DNA of 60,988 nt, filler included, from Chloroflexota bacterium (GTDB taxonomy: Bacteria; Chloroflexota; Chloroflexia; QHBQ01), in the NCBI GenBank assembly GCA_043754535.1. It is 6 parts of 5 records of this genome, joined end to end, with 100 filler letters (N's around TTAATTAATTAA, not from the genome) between each part and the next. Parts side by side here need not be neighbours in the genome. Positions count along the whole stretch, not along the records: positions 8,037 to 31,646 come from JAYUUN010000122.1; positions 31,747 to 39,438 come from JAYUUN010000123.1; 4 more parts are not named here. One strand, given 5' to 3'. Position 1 is the first letter of the stretch. Each line of letters starts with the position of its first letter. Shown here piece after piece: positions 27,264 through 36,849 of the stretch. The notes beneath the pieces were generated by a model, which had not been told where the DNA came from, did not search any database, and saw nothing but the letters and a program-made list of their open reading frames with translations. Made by a program: the position numbers and the translations under genes.

Positions 27264-30011
27264 ATGCACTTCTCCAACTCTCGTACTTTGCTACAGCGTC
27301 GTGCAAGGTACATTGCCATCCTGGTTCTGGTAGCGACCTTCATCAGCCTCAGCATTAGTTCATACGCCTCTCTTCCCGCCCAACAGGTAGCCCCGGATGG
27401 TACCATGCTGGAGTCCGCTCCCCTCATTCGTCTGCAATACGCCACCTTCGACCCGCTCAAAGGCGAGCCAGTCATCGCTGACAACCTCAAGCTCAACGCG
27501 AAGGATGGTGATGCGGCTCATTACTACATCGTCCAGTTCTCTGGCCCAGTCTACGACGGCTGGAAGGAAGCGGTAGTCAAGGCGGGCGGCAGCATCTACG
27601 ACTACATCCCCGACTTTGCCTTCGTTATGCGCCTGGACGGAGCAGCTAAGAAGCAAGTAGCTGCTATGCCCTTCGTGCGCTGGATCGGTGACTACCAGCC
27701 CGCCTACAAGCTCTCGCCCGAACTGGCAGAACTGAGCAGCAAGGGCGCGAAGGGCGGTCTCAGCCTCAACGTGCTGACCTTCGGCCAGGCTAATGGTGCT
27801 GCCCTCACGGCAGCCCTCGGCAATGGGGTGACGGCAGTGAGCGAGGGTGTATACGGCTCGGTAGTACGCGCCACCGCCGACAGCAGCCAGGTGACAGGTC
27901 TCGCCCAGCGCGAGGACGTTAGCTGGATTGAGATCCACCACGCCCCCCAACTCTACAACGATGTGGCGCGCACGGTTAACGGCGTGAACAGCGTTTGGAG
28001 CGACCTCGGTCTCTACGGTCAGGGCCAGATCGTTGCCGTTGCTGACACCGGCCTGGATACTGGTAGCACCAGCACCCTCAGCCCCGACTTTGCTGGGCGG
28101 ATCATCTCCACCTACGGTCTGGGGCGCAGCGGCAACTGGTCGGACACTGACGGCCACGGCACCCACGTCTCTGGCACCGTGCTGGGCAGCGGCAACCGCA
28201 GCGGCAGCAATCCCGCCAGCCACAGCTATACCAGCAGCTTCGCGGGCATGGCTCCGGAAGCCAAGCTGGTCATGCAATCACTGCTCGACAGCAGCGGCGG
28301 CCTCGGTGGTCTCCCTGCCGACCTCAACACCCTGTTCCAGCAGGCCTACAACGACGGCGCGCGGGTTCACAGCGACAGTTGGGGATCGAACACCGCTGGC
28401 ACCTACGACGTAGATGCGCAGCAGGTTGACCAGTTCACCTGGAACCATAAGGACATGACCATCGTCTTTGCCGCTGGCAACGCTGGCACCGATGGGAACC
28501 GCAACGGGGTGATCGATACTGGCAGCGTGGGCAGCCCCGCTACTGCTAAAAACGACATCACGGTGGGCGCGAGCGAGAACCCGCGCACTGGCAGCGGCGG
28601 CTACATCAACCTACAATGGGGCAGCGGCTGGCCGAGCAACTTCGGCACCGACCCGATCAAGACGGACACCACCAGCAACAACGTCAACGGCATGGCCGCC
28701 TTCAGCAGCCGTGGCCCCGACAAGGATGGCCGCATCGAGCCTAGTATCGCCAACCCTGGTACCAACATCGTCTCCGTTCGCAGCCAGGCTCCGGGCGCGA
28801 ACACCGGTTGGGGCGTGTACAATACCTACTATATGTATGAAGGCGGCACCAGCCAGGCGACCCCCGGCGTAGCTGGTGCGTCTGCCCTGGTGCGCCAGTT
28901 CTTCGTAGACCGCAAGGGCATCAGCCCCTCTGCTGCCCTGATCAAGGCCACCATCCTCAACTCGGCTTCGGACATGACCCCTGGGCAGTACGGCACTGGC
29001 AGCTTCAAGGAGATGGGCAACCGCCCCAACAACGTCGAGGGCTGGGGCCGAATGAACATCGCCAGCGCGATTGACACCGCCAACTTCCAGTATAGCGACA
29101 GCAGCAGCGCAAGCACAGGCCAGACCCAGACCTTCAACTACAACGTGACCAGCAGCAGCACTCCCCTGCATATCACCCTCGCCTGGACGGACTATGCTGC
29201 CAGCACCAGCAGCAGCAAGGCACTGGTCAACGACCTGGACCTGACTGTGACCGGGCCAAGTGGCACCGTCTACTATGGCAACGGCGTGAGCGGCGGCGAC
29301 CGCACCAACAACATTGAGACGGTCGACCTCTCCTCGCCCGCCACGGGCAGCTATACGGTCAAGGTCAAGGGCTTCAACGTGCCGCAGGGTACTAACCAGC
29401 CCTTCGCCCTCGCGCTGCATGGAGCGTTCGGCAGCGGCCCAGCCCCGACTGCGACTAACAGCCCCGTTGGCCCGACCAATACCCCCGTGCCACCGACCAA
29501 CACTCCAGTTGCTCCTACCCCGACCAACACCCCGACCAGCGGCGGCTGCTCGCAAGTAGTCGTCAACGGCGGCTTCGAGAGCGGCAACGCCAACTGGACG
29601 GAGAGTAGCAGCGGTGGCTACGAGATCGTGGACACCACCCGCCCGCACGCTGGCAGCAAGAGTGCCTACCTCGGCGGCTACAACAGTGCCAACGACCAGA
29701 TTTGGCAGACGGTCAGCATCCCAGCCGGGGCGACCAGCGCGAACCTCTCCTTCTACTACTACATCAGCACGCAGGAGACCTCGCACCCCTACGACTACTT
29801 CTACGCCAAGGTTCGCAACAGCAGCGGCACCGTCCTTGCCACCTTGCTGACCAAGAGCGACGCGAACGCCAGCACCGCCTGGCAGTCGGCCAACTTCAAC
29901 CTAGCGGCCTACGCCGGGCAGACTATCCAGATTTACTTCCAGGCGACGACCGACAGCAGCGCGACCAGCAGCTTCTTCCTGGACGACGTGGTGCTGAACG
30001 TCTGCAACTAG
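27264..30011 (+). CDS. S8 subtilase (KP-43-like) with prodomain and C-terminal beta-sandwich domains
   Basis: VADTG, HGTHVSG, FAAGN, FSSRGP, GGTSQATP, EGWGR; RBS AAAGGA and signal peptide from ATG 27264. Confidence 0.93.
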   Translation: MHFSNSRTLLQRRARYIAILVLVATFISLSISSYASLPAQQVAPDGTMLESAPLIRLQYATFDPLKGEPVIADNLKLNAKDGDAAHYYIVQFSGPVYDGWKEAVVKAGGSIYDYIPDFAFVMRLDGAAKKQVAAMPFVRWIGDYQPAYKLSPELAELSSKGAKGGLSLNVLTFGQANGAALTAALGNGVTAVSEGVYGSVVRATADSSQVTGLAQREDVSWIEIHHAPQLYNDVARTVNGVNSVWSDLGLYGQGQIVAVADTGLDTGSTSTLSPDFAGRIISTYGLGRSGNWSDTDGHGTHVSGTVLGSGNRSGSNPASHSYTSSFAGMAPEAKLVMQSLLDSSGGLGGLPADLNTLFQQAYNDGARVHSDSWGSNTAGTYDVDAQQVDQFTWNHKDMTIVFAAGNAGTDGNRNGVIDTGSVGSPATAKNDITVGASENPRTGSGGYINLQWGSGWPSNFGTDPIKTDTTSNNVNGMAAFSSRGPDKDGRIEPSIANPGTNIVSVRSQAPGANTGWGVYNTYYMYEGGTSQATPGVAGASALVRQFFVDRKGISPSAALIKATILNSASDMTPGQYGTGSFKEMGNRPNNVEGWGRMNIASAIDTANFQYSDSSSASTGQTQTFNYNVTSSSTPLHITLAWTDYAASTSSSKALVNDLDLTVTGPSGTVYYGNGVSGGDRTNNIETVDLSSPATGSYTVKVKGFNVPQGTNQPFALALHGAFGSGPAPTATNSPVGPTNTPVPPTNTPVAPTPTNTPTSGGCSQVVVNGGFESGNANWTESSSGGYEIVDTTRPHAGSKSAYLGGYNSANDQIWQTVSIPAGATSANLSFYYYISTQETSHPYDYFYAKVRNSSGTVLATLLTKSDANASTAWQSANFNLAAYAGQTIQIYFQATTDSSATSSFFLDDVVLNVCN

Positions 30012-30029
30012 CTAACCACCCCAACCAGG

Positions 30030-30064
30030 AAGCCCCCACTCTCAATGACGAGAGCGGGGGCTTT
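30030..30064 (+). terminator. Rho-independent terminator
   Basis: AAGCCCCCaCTCTC-aatgac-GAGAGcGGGGGCTTT. Confidence 0.75.
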
Positions 30065-30180
30065 CGTATGTACTGCCAGCGTATGAAACGTGTTAGCTCG
30101 CTGGCGAAGTTGCAACCCTGCCTTCAGCGGTTGCGTATGTTATGATGAGGTAGCAACAAGTTCGCTAGAGGAGAACGCAG

Positions 30181-30366
30181 ATGTCACCGACGCTGGCCGA
30201 GGGAAGCATTGCACTGATCGTCTTTGTCGGCATCGTCGTGCTGGGTTTCGCCCTTGCTCCGCTGATTGCCCACTTCTGGGCCGCACTCTTTGGCCGTGCT
30301 GCAAACATTGCCAACCGCATTGAGCAGCCTGCCAAGCAACAGGACGACGAGAAGCAACAAGACTAA
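30181..30366 (+). CDS. Small single-TM protein, probable SPFH partner
   Basis: GAGGAG RBS, hydrophobic helix, immediately upstream of the SPFH gene. Confidence 0.65.
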   Translation: MSPTLAEGSIALIVFVGIVVLGFALAPLIAHFWAALFGRAANIANRIEQPAKQQDDEKQQD

Positions 30367-30402
30367 AGATAACCACTAATGCATCAACTACAAGGAAGGG
30401 TT

Positions 30403-31521
30403 ATGATGGACGACGACGACAACAGAATAGTACGTAGTACCCGCCGCAATAGCAGTGGCAGTAGTGGCAGCGGCAACAGTGGTGGCAACTTCACCCCGCC
30501 CACTATGCCGCGCGTCAATGGCCGCTTGATCGGGGTGGGGGTCACCATCCTGGTGATCGCCGCCATCGCTACCTCGCTGGTCGGTTCGATCTGGAAAAGC
30601 GTAGACCTGGGCTACGCAGGCGTGATCTTCGACAAGGTGAACAACACCGTGCGCCAGTCGACTCCCGGCTGGGTCTTCATCAACCCCTTCACCGAGAGCC
30701 TGACCCAGTATCCCGCCAGCGTGCGTACCCTGATCATGGTGCAGGCCACGGGCGAGGGGCAGGTGGCAGGCGACGACAGCGTGAAGGTGAACAGCAGCGA
30801 AGGGCAGTCGCTCCAGGCTGATGTCAGCGTCCTCTACCGGGTCAAGAGCAACGAGGCGGGCGAACTCTACAAGCAGTACGCTGGTGCGCCAATTGAGCAG
30901 ATTGAGAGCAATGTGGTGCGCCAGCTTACCCGCTCGGCGATGAACGACGCAGCTTCGCGCTACGGCTGGGAGCAGATTTTCAGCAGCGACCGCATCACCT
31001 ACACCCTACAGGTCAGCGAACGCCTGGTGCGCGAGTTCGCCACCAGCCACATTGAGCTAGTCAACTTCAACCTGCGCGCCTGGCACCTGCCCCAGAACTT
31101 GCAAGCCGCCCTCGACCAGAAGATCGCCGCCCAGCAGCAGGCCGAGCAGCAGAAGTACCAGCTAGAGCAGGCCCGGATCAAGGCTGACCAGGACAAGGTG
31201 CAGGCCGAAGGTCAGGCAGGCGCGCTCAGGGCGAAGGCGGACGGTGATGCTTACGCCACAACCAAGAACGCCGAAGCCGCTGCCACTGCCCGCCGCACCC
31301 AGGCCGATGCAGAGACCTACGCTAACCAGAAGATCGCCCAGTCTCTATCACCACAGGTAGTGCAATACTACCAGCTTACCAAGTGGAACGGCCAGCTACC
31401 GATGTTCGGTGGCGGCGGGGCTGGCAGCAACGTGTTTCTCAGTGTCAACCCGAACGACATCGCCAACTCTGTGCCGACCCCGGCGGCCAGCCAGCCAGCC
31501 CCGACCCAGCCAACCCGCTAG
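30403..31521 (+). CDS. SPFH/band 7/prohibitin-family protein
   Basis: TM, VDLGYAGVIF, PGWVFINP, SSEGQ..DVSVLYRV, Ala/Glu/Gln coiled coil, KWNGQLP. Confidence 0.92.
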   Translation: MMDDDDNRIVRSTRRNSSGSSGSGNSGGNFTPPTMPRVNGRLIGVGVTILVIAAIATSLVGSIWKSVDLGYAGVIFDKVNNTVRQSTPGWVFINPFTESLTQYPASVRTLIMVQATGEGQVAGDDSVKVNSSEGQSLQADVSVLYRVKSNEAGELYKQYAGAPIEQIESNVVRQLTRSAMNDAASRYGWEQIFSSDRITYTLQVSERLVREFATSHIELVNFNLRAWHLPQNLQAALDQKIAAQQQAEQQKYQLEQARIKADQDKVQAEGQAGALRAKADGDAYATTKNAEAAATARRTQADAETYANQKIAQSLSPQVVQYYQLTKWNGQLPMFGGGGAGSNVFLSVNPNDIANSVPTPAASQPAPTQPTR

Positions 31522-31554
31522 CCTACTTGCACGGGTATGCGTACAATACAAGGA

Positions 31555-31593
31555 GAGCGGGGACGGCCAACTGCCAGCCCCGCTCCTTCTTTT
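31555..31593 (+). terminator. Probable terminator
   Basis: GAGCGGGG...CCCCGCTC followed by CTTCTTTT. Confidence 0.6.
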
Positions 31594-31646
31594 GCCTTCG
31601 CACCGCTACGGCCAGGCTAGAGATGCATCCCCTTAACCGTGTCTGC

Positions 31647-31746
31647 NNNNNNNNNNNNNNNNNNNNNNNNNNNNNNNNNNNNNNNNNNNNTTAATTAATT
31701 AANNNNNNNNNNNNNNNNNNNNNNNNNNNNNNNNNNNNNNNNNNNN
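31647..31746. other. Artificial contig spacer
   Basis: N44-TTAATTAATTAA-N44. Confidence 0.99.
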
Positions 31747-31747
31747 G

Positions 31748-32017
31748 CTGAAGGCGAATGAGCTACGTTGGGATGAGGGGCTATGTGGTGCAGACGCACT
31801 GCTGGCGGCCTGGCCGAAGGTGCGTCCGGTGACGAAGAACGTGGCTGCGTGGACGCGCCTGGCAGTGCAGGATGCCGACGACCTCGACCTCGTGCCGGAG
31901 GCGTACCGCTACTTGCTACCGACCGCCGAGCCTGAAGCAGTGCAGGGTGGGGAGCAGCAGGCCAGCGGTGACGAGGATGCCGAGGTGCCGGTGGTGGTTA
32001 GTGGTGGGCGAGGTTAG
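31748..32017 (+). CDS. 3' fragment of an unidentified gene
   Basis: Frame open from the spacer: LKANELRWDEGLCGADALLAAWPKVRP...GGRG*. Confidence 0.5.
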   Translation: MKANELRWDEGLCGADALLAAWPKVRPVTKNVAAWTRLAVQDADDLDLVPEAYRYLLPTAEPEAVQGGEQQASGDEDAEVPVVVSGGRG

Positions 32018-32385
32018 TGAAGCACGCTGCCAAGCCTTATAGCGTGGCTCTTGCATCCACGTCAATACAGCCTGGATGAGGGTTGAAACATGAGCGACCC
32101 TAACAATCGGGGTAGCGTTATCCGTGTTTTTGTCAGGTGGCACGAGAGCCATCGTCCACTTTACTGTTCGCAGTGCTGTGGCAGGTGGTTTTCGTGTTGC
32201 TCTCGCCGCTCATCTTTCAGGCTAGTTATTACAACTGAATAGCTTGGCGCACCGAACAACTCTAAGACTTCGTGCTGGCGGCAAGTTCGACCACAATCTG
32301 CATAAGTAAGCACTTGTATCTTCGTCGGCTTTGTGCTATCATATAAACGTTCACTTGTTGAGTATCTTACTTGTAAGGAGCCACC

Positions 32386-34479
32386 ATGTCCACTGCACGG
32401 TTTAACCTGAGCCGTTTTGCCCTGTTGCTCACCCTCAGCTTCCTCCTCTTGCTAGCAGCCTGTGATGCTGCACAACCAGTTGCGCCGTCACCGACCCCGC
32501 TCGTTAGTGCGTCGCTGCCAGGCAGCCCCACCGCTGATCTCGCCAGTGTGGTTGGGCCAGCCAGCGAACACAAGCTGTTTACCCTCAAAACCACGCGAGG
32601 AACGCTGCTGGCTGAAGTCTACCCTGCCGCCGCACCGAAGGCGGTGGCAGCCTTTAGCCAGAACTACCAGATGCTCAAGGGTAGGGGGATGGGGGCAGGT
32701 AGTGCGCTCATCTGGATCGGTCAGGATGAGTATGAAACCCCCGTAGCCGACCGGCTCGTACCGCTGGAAACCAACAACCTCCCCTATAAGCGAGGCAGCC
32801 TCGTCTTGCCCTTCGACCGTAAGCAACGGGTCAATACCGGCTCTTTTGCCATCCTCAGCCACGATGTACCAGCCAGCGACAGCAGCTACGACTACTACAA
32901 GCGACCCACCTACGACGACTACCCAGGCTACGTCGTGATCGGGCAGGTAATCAGCGGCTTTAATCTACTTGACCAAACCTCAGTTGGCGACCGAATTGAG
33001 GATGTCGTGCTGACCGATCCACCGGCGGCTGCCGCCACCATTGCGGCGGCCCCGCCCACCCCCACCTTCGCTGCTGACTTTCAGGTGACGCACCTGCTGA
33101 CCATCACCGTCAGTGGCGACCGCCAGTTGCGCGGCGTACTCTACGGTCAGGATGCACCGGAGGCAGTCGCGCTCTTGCTTGCCCATCAGCAAGGTCTCAG
33201 AGGTGCAACCGTCTCCGACAGCGATACCCACATCACGATCTCCAACGACGGCGGCAGTGAGTTCCGCCCGGCTGATAGCAACAACTTGCCGCTACGTCGG
33301 GGCAGCATCTTTATGGCAGGCGCAGACGGCGTGGACATCAACAGCCTTTTTATCAACAAGCATGACAATGGGTCTGGCGGTCACATTATCGTCGGTCAGA
33401 TCACCGAGGGGGTCGAACTGCTGGACAGCCTTGGCCAATCGCACCCCAGTTTGTTTGGCGGGGGCTATGACAAGGTGAAGCAGATCGAGATTACTCAACT
33501 GGCAGCGGTGCCTACCGTTACCCCTGCGGCCACCATCGCCAGCGACCAGCCAGCAATCGGCTTTAGCTTTAGCGTGGGCGACAAGGGGTTGATCAGTGGT
33601 CGCTTGCTGTTCCCCGGCAAGATACCGGGCAAAGAAGATTACTACTTCGTCTTTAACTCAGCGAAGGCGCAGGTCAAACGCGACCGGGTGATCATGCCGA
33701 GCGACTCGCCGGTGAATGGCATCCCGGTGCCAGTGGCGATTAAGCCCAACAACCTGCCCGCTAAACGAGGTAGCATCCTGATGGAGCGGGGCAGCGACCC
33801 TCATGCCACCAACCAGATCGTGATCCTGACCCGTGACCTAGCTGCACCAGAGCCAAACCTCTACGTGGTAGGCACAATAGACGGTGGTCTTGCGCTGTTG
33901 GACAAAGTGGTTGACGGTGACGATTTGTCGCTGACTTACTACACGATCCCTGCGCCAACGGCCACCCTGCCGCCGGGGGTGCTACCGACCGCCACCAGCA
34001 CGCCGTTGGCCTTGCCCTACCGCTTGGACTTGGAGACAGCCGCAGGGTCGCTGCTGGTCGAGATGAACTGGCCGGAGGGTAACTTTGAGGTGGAGAAGTT
34101 GCAGCGGGTGCTGAGTACGGCGCGGGTCGTTAGTGCGACTGTCGGGGTTGGCCTGGCGATTGAAGGGGAGGAGCGGCTGGGTGGCGGCTGGGCCACCACT
34201 AACGAGCTACCTTTCCAGCGTGGCAGCGTGGTGGCGGTGGACGAGCAGCGTCAGTATCGCGGGGAACAAGGCGGTGCCGACTTGTTCGGGGTTGAACTTG
34301 GTAGCTGGCGGCTGCTGATCCTGACCGCTGACCTACCTGCCGATCACCCTGTCTTTCAGCAAAACGACGACATCCGGGGCTACCATGTGGTCGGCAAGGT
34401 GGTGAGCGGCCTTGAGGTGGTGGAGCAGATGCGGGGTGGGGAACAGATCACGAGAGCCAAACTCAACCCTGCGCCGTGA
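32386..34479 (+). CDS. Lipoprotein with four tandem degenerate cyclophilin-like domains
   Basis: AAGGAG RBS, lipobox LLLAAC; four repeats carrying N(N/E)LPxxRGS and (V/I)(I/V)Gx(V/I)xxGxx(L/V)(L/V)(D/E)..GD/GE; the first starts LKTTRGTLLAEVYPAAAPKAVAAF. Confidence 0.75.
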   Translation: MSTARFNLSRFALLLTLSFLLLLAACDAAQPVAPSPTPLVSASLPGSPTADLASVVGPASEHKLFTLKTTRGTLLAEVYPAAAPKAVAAFSQNYQMLKGRGMGAGSALIWIGQDEYETPVADRLVPLETNNLPYKRGSLVLPFDRKQRVNTGSFAILSHDVPASDSSYDYYKRPTYDDYPGYVVIGQVISGFNLLDQTSVGDRIEDVVLTDPPAAAATIAAAPPTPTFAADFQVTHLLTITVSGDRQLRGVLYGQDAPEAVALLLAHQQGLRGATVSDSDTHITISNDGGSEFRPADSNNLPLRRGSIFMAGADGVDINSLFINKHDNGSGGHIIVGQITEGVELLDSLGQSHPSLFGGGYDKVKQIEITQLAAVPTVTPAATIASDQPAIGFSFSVGDKGLISGRLLFPGKIPGKEDYYFVFNSAKAQVKRDRVIMPSDSPVNGIPVPVAIKPNNLPAKRGSILMERGSDPHATNQIVILTRDLAAPEPNLYVVGTIDGGLALLDKVVDGDDLSLTYYTIPAPTATLPPGVLPTATSTPLALPYRLDLETAAGSLLVEMNWPEGNFEVEKLQRVLSTARVVSATVGVGLAIEGEERLGGGWATTNELPFQRGSVVAVDEQRQYRGEQGGADLFGVELGSWRLLILTADLPADHPVFQQNDDIRGYHVVGKVVSGLEVVEQMRGGEQITRAKLNPAP

Positions 34480-34626
34480 GTTGCAGGTGGGGCTGGCTTG
34501 ACTCAGCACACCGTACAGGCGTACAACAAGGGTCACGGACAAAGTAGCTCAACCCCAGTCCTGTGCTATAATGGTGGCTAGCCGTCCGATCTTAAGCAGC
34601 ACACAGACCTTGCCGTTGGAGGGTTC

Positions 34627-36654
34627 ATGTCCACCCTACCAGACCAACCAAATAACATTCAGCAGCCCACGTCCCTTGCCACCGCCCTCAGCGGGCGCAC
34701 GCTGGCTGAACAGCACGACCTCCGCCGCCGCCACCTCTACCAGCCAGGCTGGGACGCGGCCACCAGCCACGCCCTCCACAGTTGGGGTGCAGACGGTGGT
34801 GAGCTACTCTACCTCCTCTGCCTTGCACCAGCGCGGCAGCCTGCCCTCTATGAAGACCTCTTTTACCAGAACCTCATCCTGACTCTGCGGGCAGTCAACG
34901 CAGGCGTACCGCTTACCGAGCAGGCACGTCCCCTCCTGCTCGAACAGCTACTCGCCGCCCAGTTCGCCATCTCTTGGCAAGCCAATAAACCTGCCTACCG
35001 CTTGGTGGGCTGGGCCATCAGCAGCGAGCTAGAAAGCCTCAGCGACCCTGCGTTGGTCGAAGCTCTCATCACGGTCATGCTGGGCCGCTTGGCTGAAGCG
35101 AATGAGGACGTGCGCCGTGCTGCTCTCCGCACCCTCGGCTGGCTTCAGGTTGACCAACCCACTGTAGTAGACAGTCTGCTGATGCGCCTGCACAACGAGA
35201 CTAACATCCACATCCGCAGCGCAGTGATCGATACGCTGGTCAGGGTAGCGGAGAGTAACCCGACTGTGACGGCGGCTTTGGCTGACCAACTGCAACACGA
35301 GCAGGACTCGCACTTGATGGAGAGTTTGGCTTGGGCCGTAGCCGAGCCGACCGCCGACGAGACCAGCGTTGTTGCGCCGATCCTGCGGCACATCCAGAGT
35401 GAGCAGGAGGGCCATGACCGCAATTGCGCCATCTACGCCTTGCACAATGCCCTCGGCCAGTTGGCAGCAACCCCGCCCGAAGCTACCACCGAGTTGCTGT
35501 ACCGTTTGGCCCACGACGAGGATGGCGGTGTGCGCTACGCGGCGGCAGGGGCGTTGGCCGAGGTTGAACCGACGGCTGAGGTGGTGGACGCGCTCTTTCA
35601 CGCCCTCTACGATGATGACATGATTACCCCCGGCGTGGCGGTCGATTCCTTGTTGAGCTTTGGCACAGCCGGGGTGTTGCCGCGCCTGCTCAGCATCCTG
35701 CGCTACGACGAGGCCGAAGATGCCCGTCAGACGATCATCGAGCGGCTAGTACAGGTCGGGGCGGGTGATGACGAGTTCAAGCAAGTGCTACTTGAAATTG
35801 TGGTAGCCGACGACAGTCTTGATGTAGTAAACGAAGCTGCCAATGCCCTCCGCAACTTGGTAGCCGGTGATGTGGCGGTAGCCAGCTACCTGATCGATTT
35901 GCTGGGGCAGACCGTAGCGACCGCCGAAGACAAGCTAGCCAGCTACCGGCCCATTGCACTGGTGCAGGTGCTAGCTGGCACTGGCCTGCGTAGCAACGCG
36001 GCAACGGCGGTGCTGCTGGCTCTCTTGACCGACAACAACACCTACGCCTATGACTTCGAGCCGGTTGCTTACGCACTGGGCGAGGTTGGCAGCAAGTCGC
36101 CGGAAGGGGTCGCTGCGCTGGTGCAGGGCTTGGCTGCCGACGATGCGCGTCTCAGTGGCAGGCGACGTGGGGCGGTAGATGCGCTGGGCAGCTTGGGGGT
36201 GGACGACCCAGCGACCGTCGCGGTGCTGGTCGAGCGGCTTGAGCAAGACAGCGACGAGTACACCCGCAGCCGGGCGGCAACGGTGCTGGGTAGCTTGGCA
36301 GCGGGCCGAGCGGAGGTGGTGGCGGCGTTGAGCCGGGCAGCCACGCAGGATACGGAGGTAGTAGTGCAGGTGGCGGCTGTCGAAGCGTTGGCTCCAATGG
36401 TGGGGAGCAGTGCGGCGGTGGTGGCTACGCTGCGGGCGGTGATGGAGCAAGCTGCCGCCCCGGCTGCTCGGCTCAATGCTGCACTCCTGCTGGTGAACGT
36501 GCCAGCCGAGCGGGAGGCGGCGCGGGAGGTACTCTACGACTTGGCTCGGCTGAAGGATGCGGGCTGGAGCTATGGGATCGGTGACGTGCCGGACGTAGCC
36601 TTCACTACTCTGTACCAAAGCGTGGTCGGGGAGGTAAACACGGATCGTGAGTAG
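34627..36654 (+). CDS. HEAT-repeat protein
   Basis: EDVRRAALRTLG, IRSAVIDTL, GVRYAAAGALAE, TRSRAATVLG, VQVAAVEAL; GGAGG RBS; TGTGCTATAAT at 34562-34572. Confidence 0.88.
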   Translation: MSTLPDQPNNIQQPTSLATALSGRTLAEQHDLRRRHLYQPGWDAATSHALHSWGADGGELLYLLCLAPARQPALYEDLFYQNLILTLRAVNAGVPLTEQARPLLLEQLLAAQFAISWQANKPAYRLVGWAISSELESLSDPALVEALITVMLGRLAEANEDVRRAALRTLGWLQVDQPTVVDSLLMRLHNETNIHIRSAVIDTLVRVAESNPTVTAALADQLQHEQDSHLMESLAWAVAEPTADETSVVAPILRHIQSEQEGHDRNCAIYALHNALGQLAATPPEATTELLYRLAHDEDGGVRYAAAGALAEVEPTAEVVDALFHALYDDDMITPGVAVDSLLSFGTAGVLPRLLSILRYDEAEDARQTIIERLVQVGAGDDEFKQVLLEIVVADDSLDVVNEAANALRNLVAGDVAVASYLIDLLGQTVATAEDKLASYRPIALVQVLAGTGLRSNAATAVLLALLTDNNTYAYDFEPVAYALGEVGSKSPEGVAALVQGLAADDARLSGRRRGAVDALGSLGVDDPATVAVLVERLEQDSDEYTRSRAATVLGSLAAGRAEVVAALSRAATQDTEVVVQVAAVEALAPMVGSSAAVVATLRAVMEQAAAPAARLNAALLLVNVPAEREAAREVLYDLARLKDAGWSYGIGDVPDVAFTTLYQSVVGEVNTDRE

Positions 36655-36764
36655 CTATCTGGCAAGAGGCCGTACCTTCAGCCGGTGGCAGAGTTAGCGG
36701 GACTGGTGCTATAGTAGACAGACACCAACCCAGCCGGGGTTCTGTGTTGCAGACCGAAGATAAT

Positions 36765-36803
36765 GTTTGGTAAGGTCGCGGTAAGGTGCGCTTGTGGTAT
36801 GAT
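36765..36803 (+). promoter_or_regulatory. GGTAAGG direct-repeat motif, site 2, with extended -10
   Basis: gtttGGTAAGGtcgcGGTAAGG (11-bp period) then TGgTATGAT, upstream of 36850. Confidence 0.6.
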
Positions 36804-36849
36804 ATAGCATAACAGCTTTGCTGAATATCTATCACAGGAGTATCCTGCC

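Noticed and set aside
31916..32152. 78-aa minus-strand ORF
   Set aside because: Overlaps the convergent fragment by ~100 nt, has no clear RBS and no recognisable motif.
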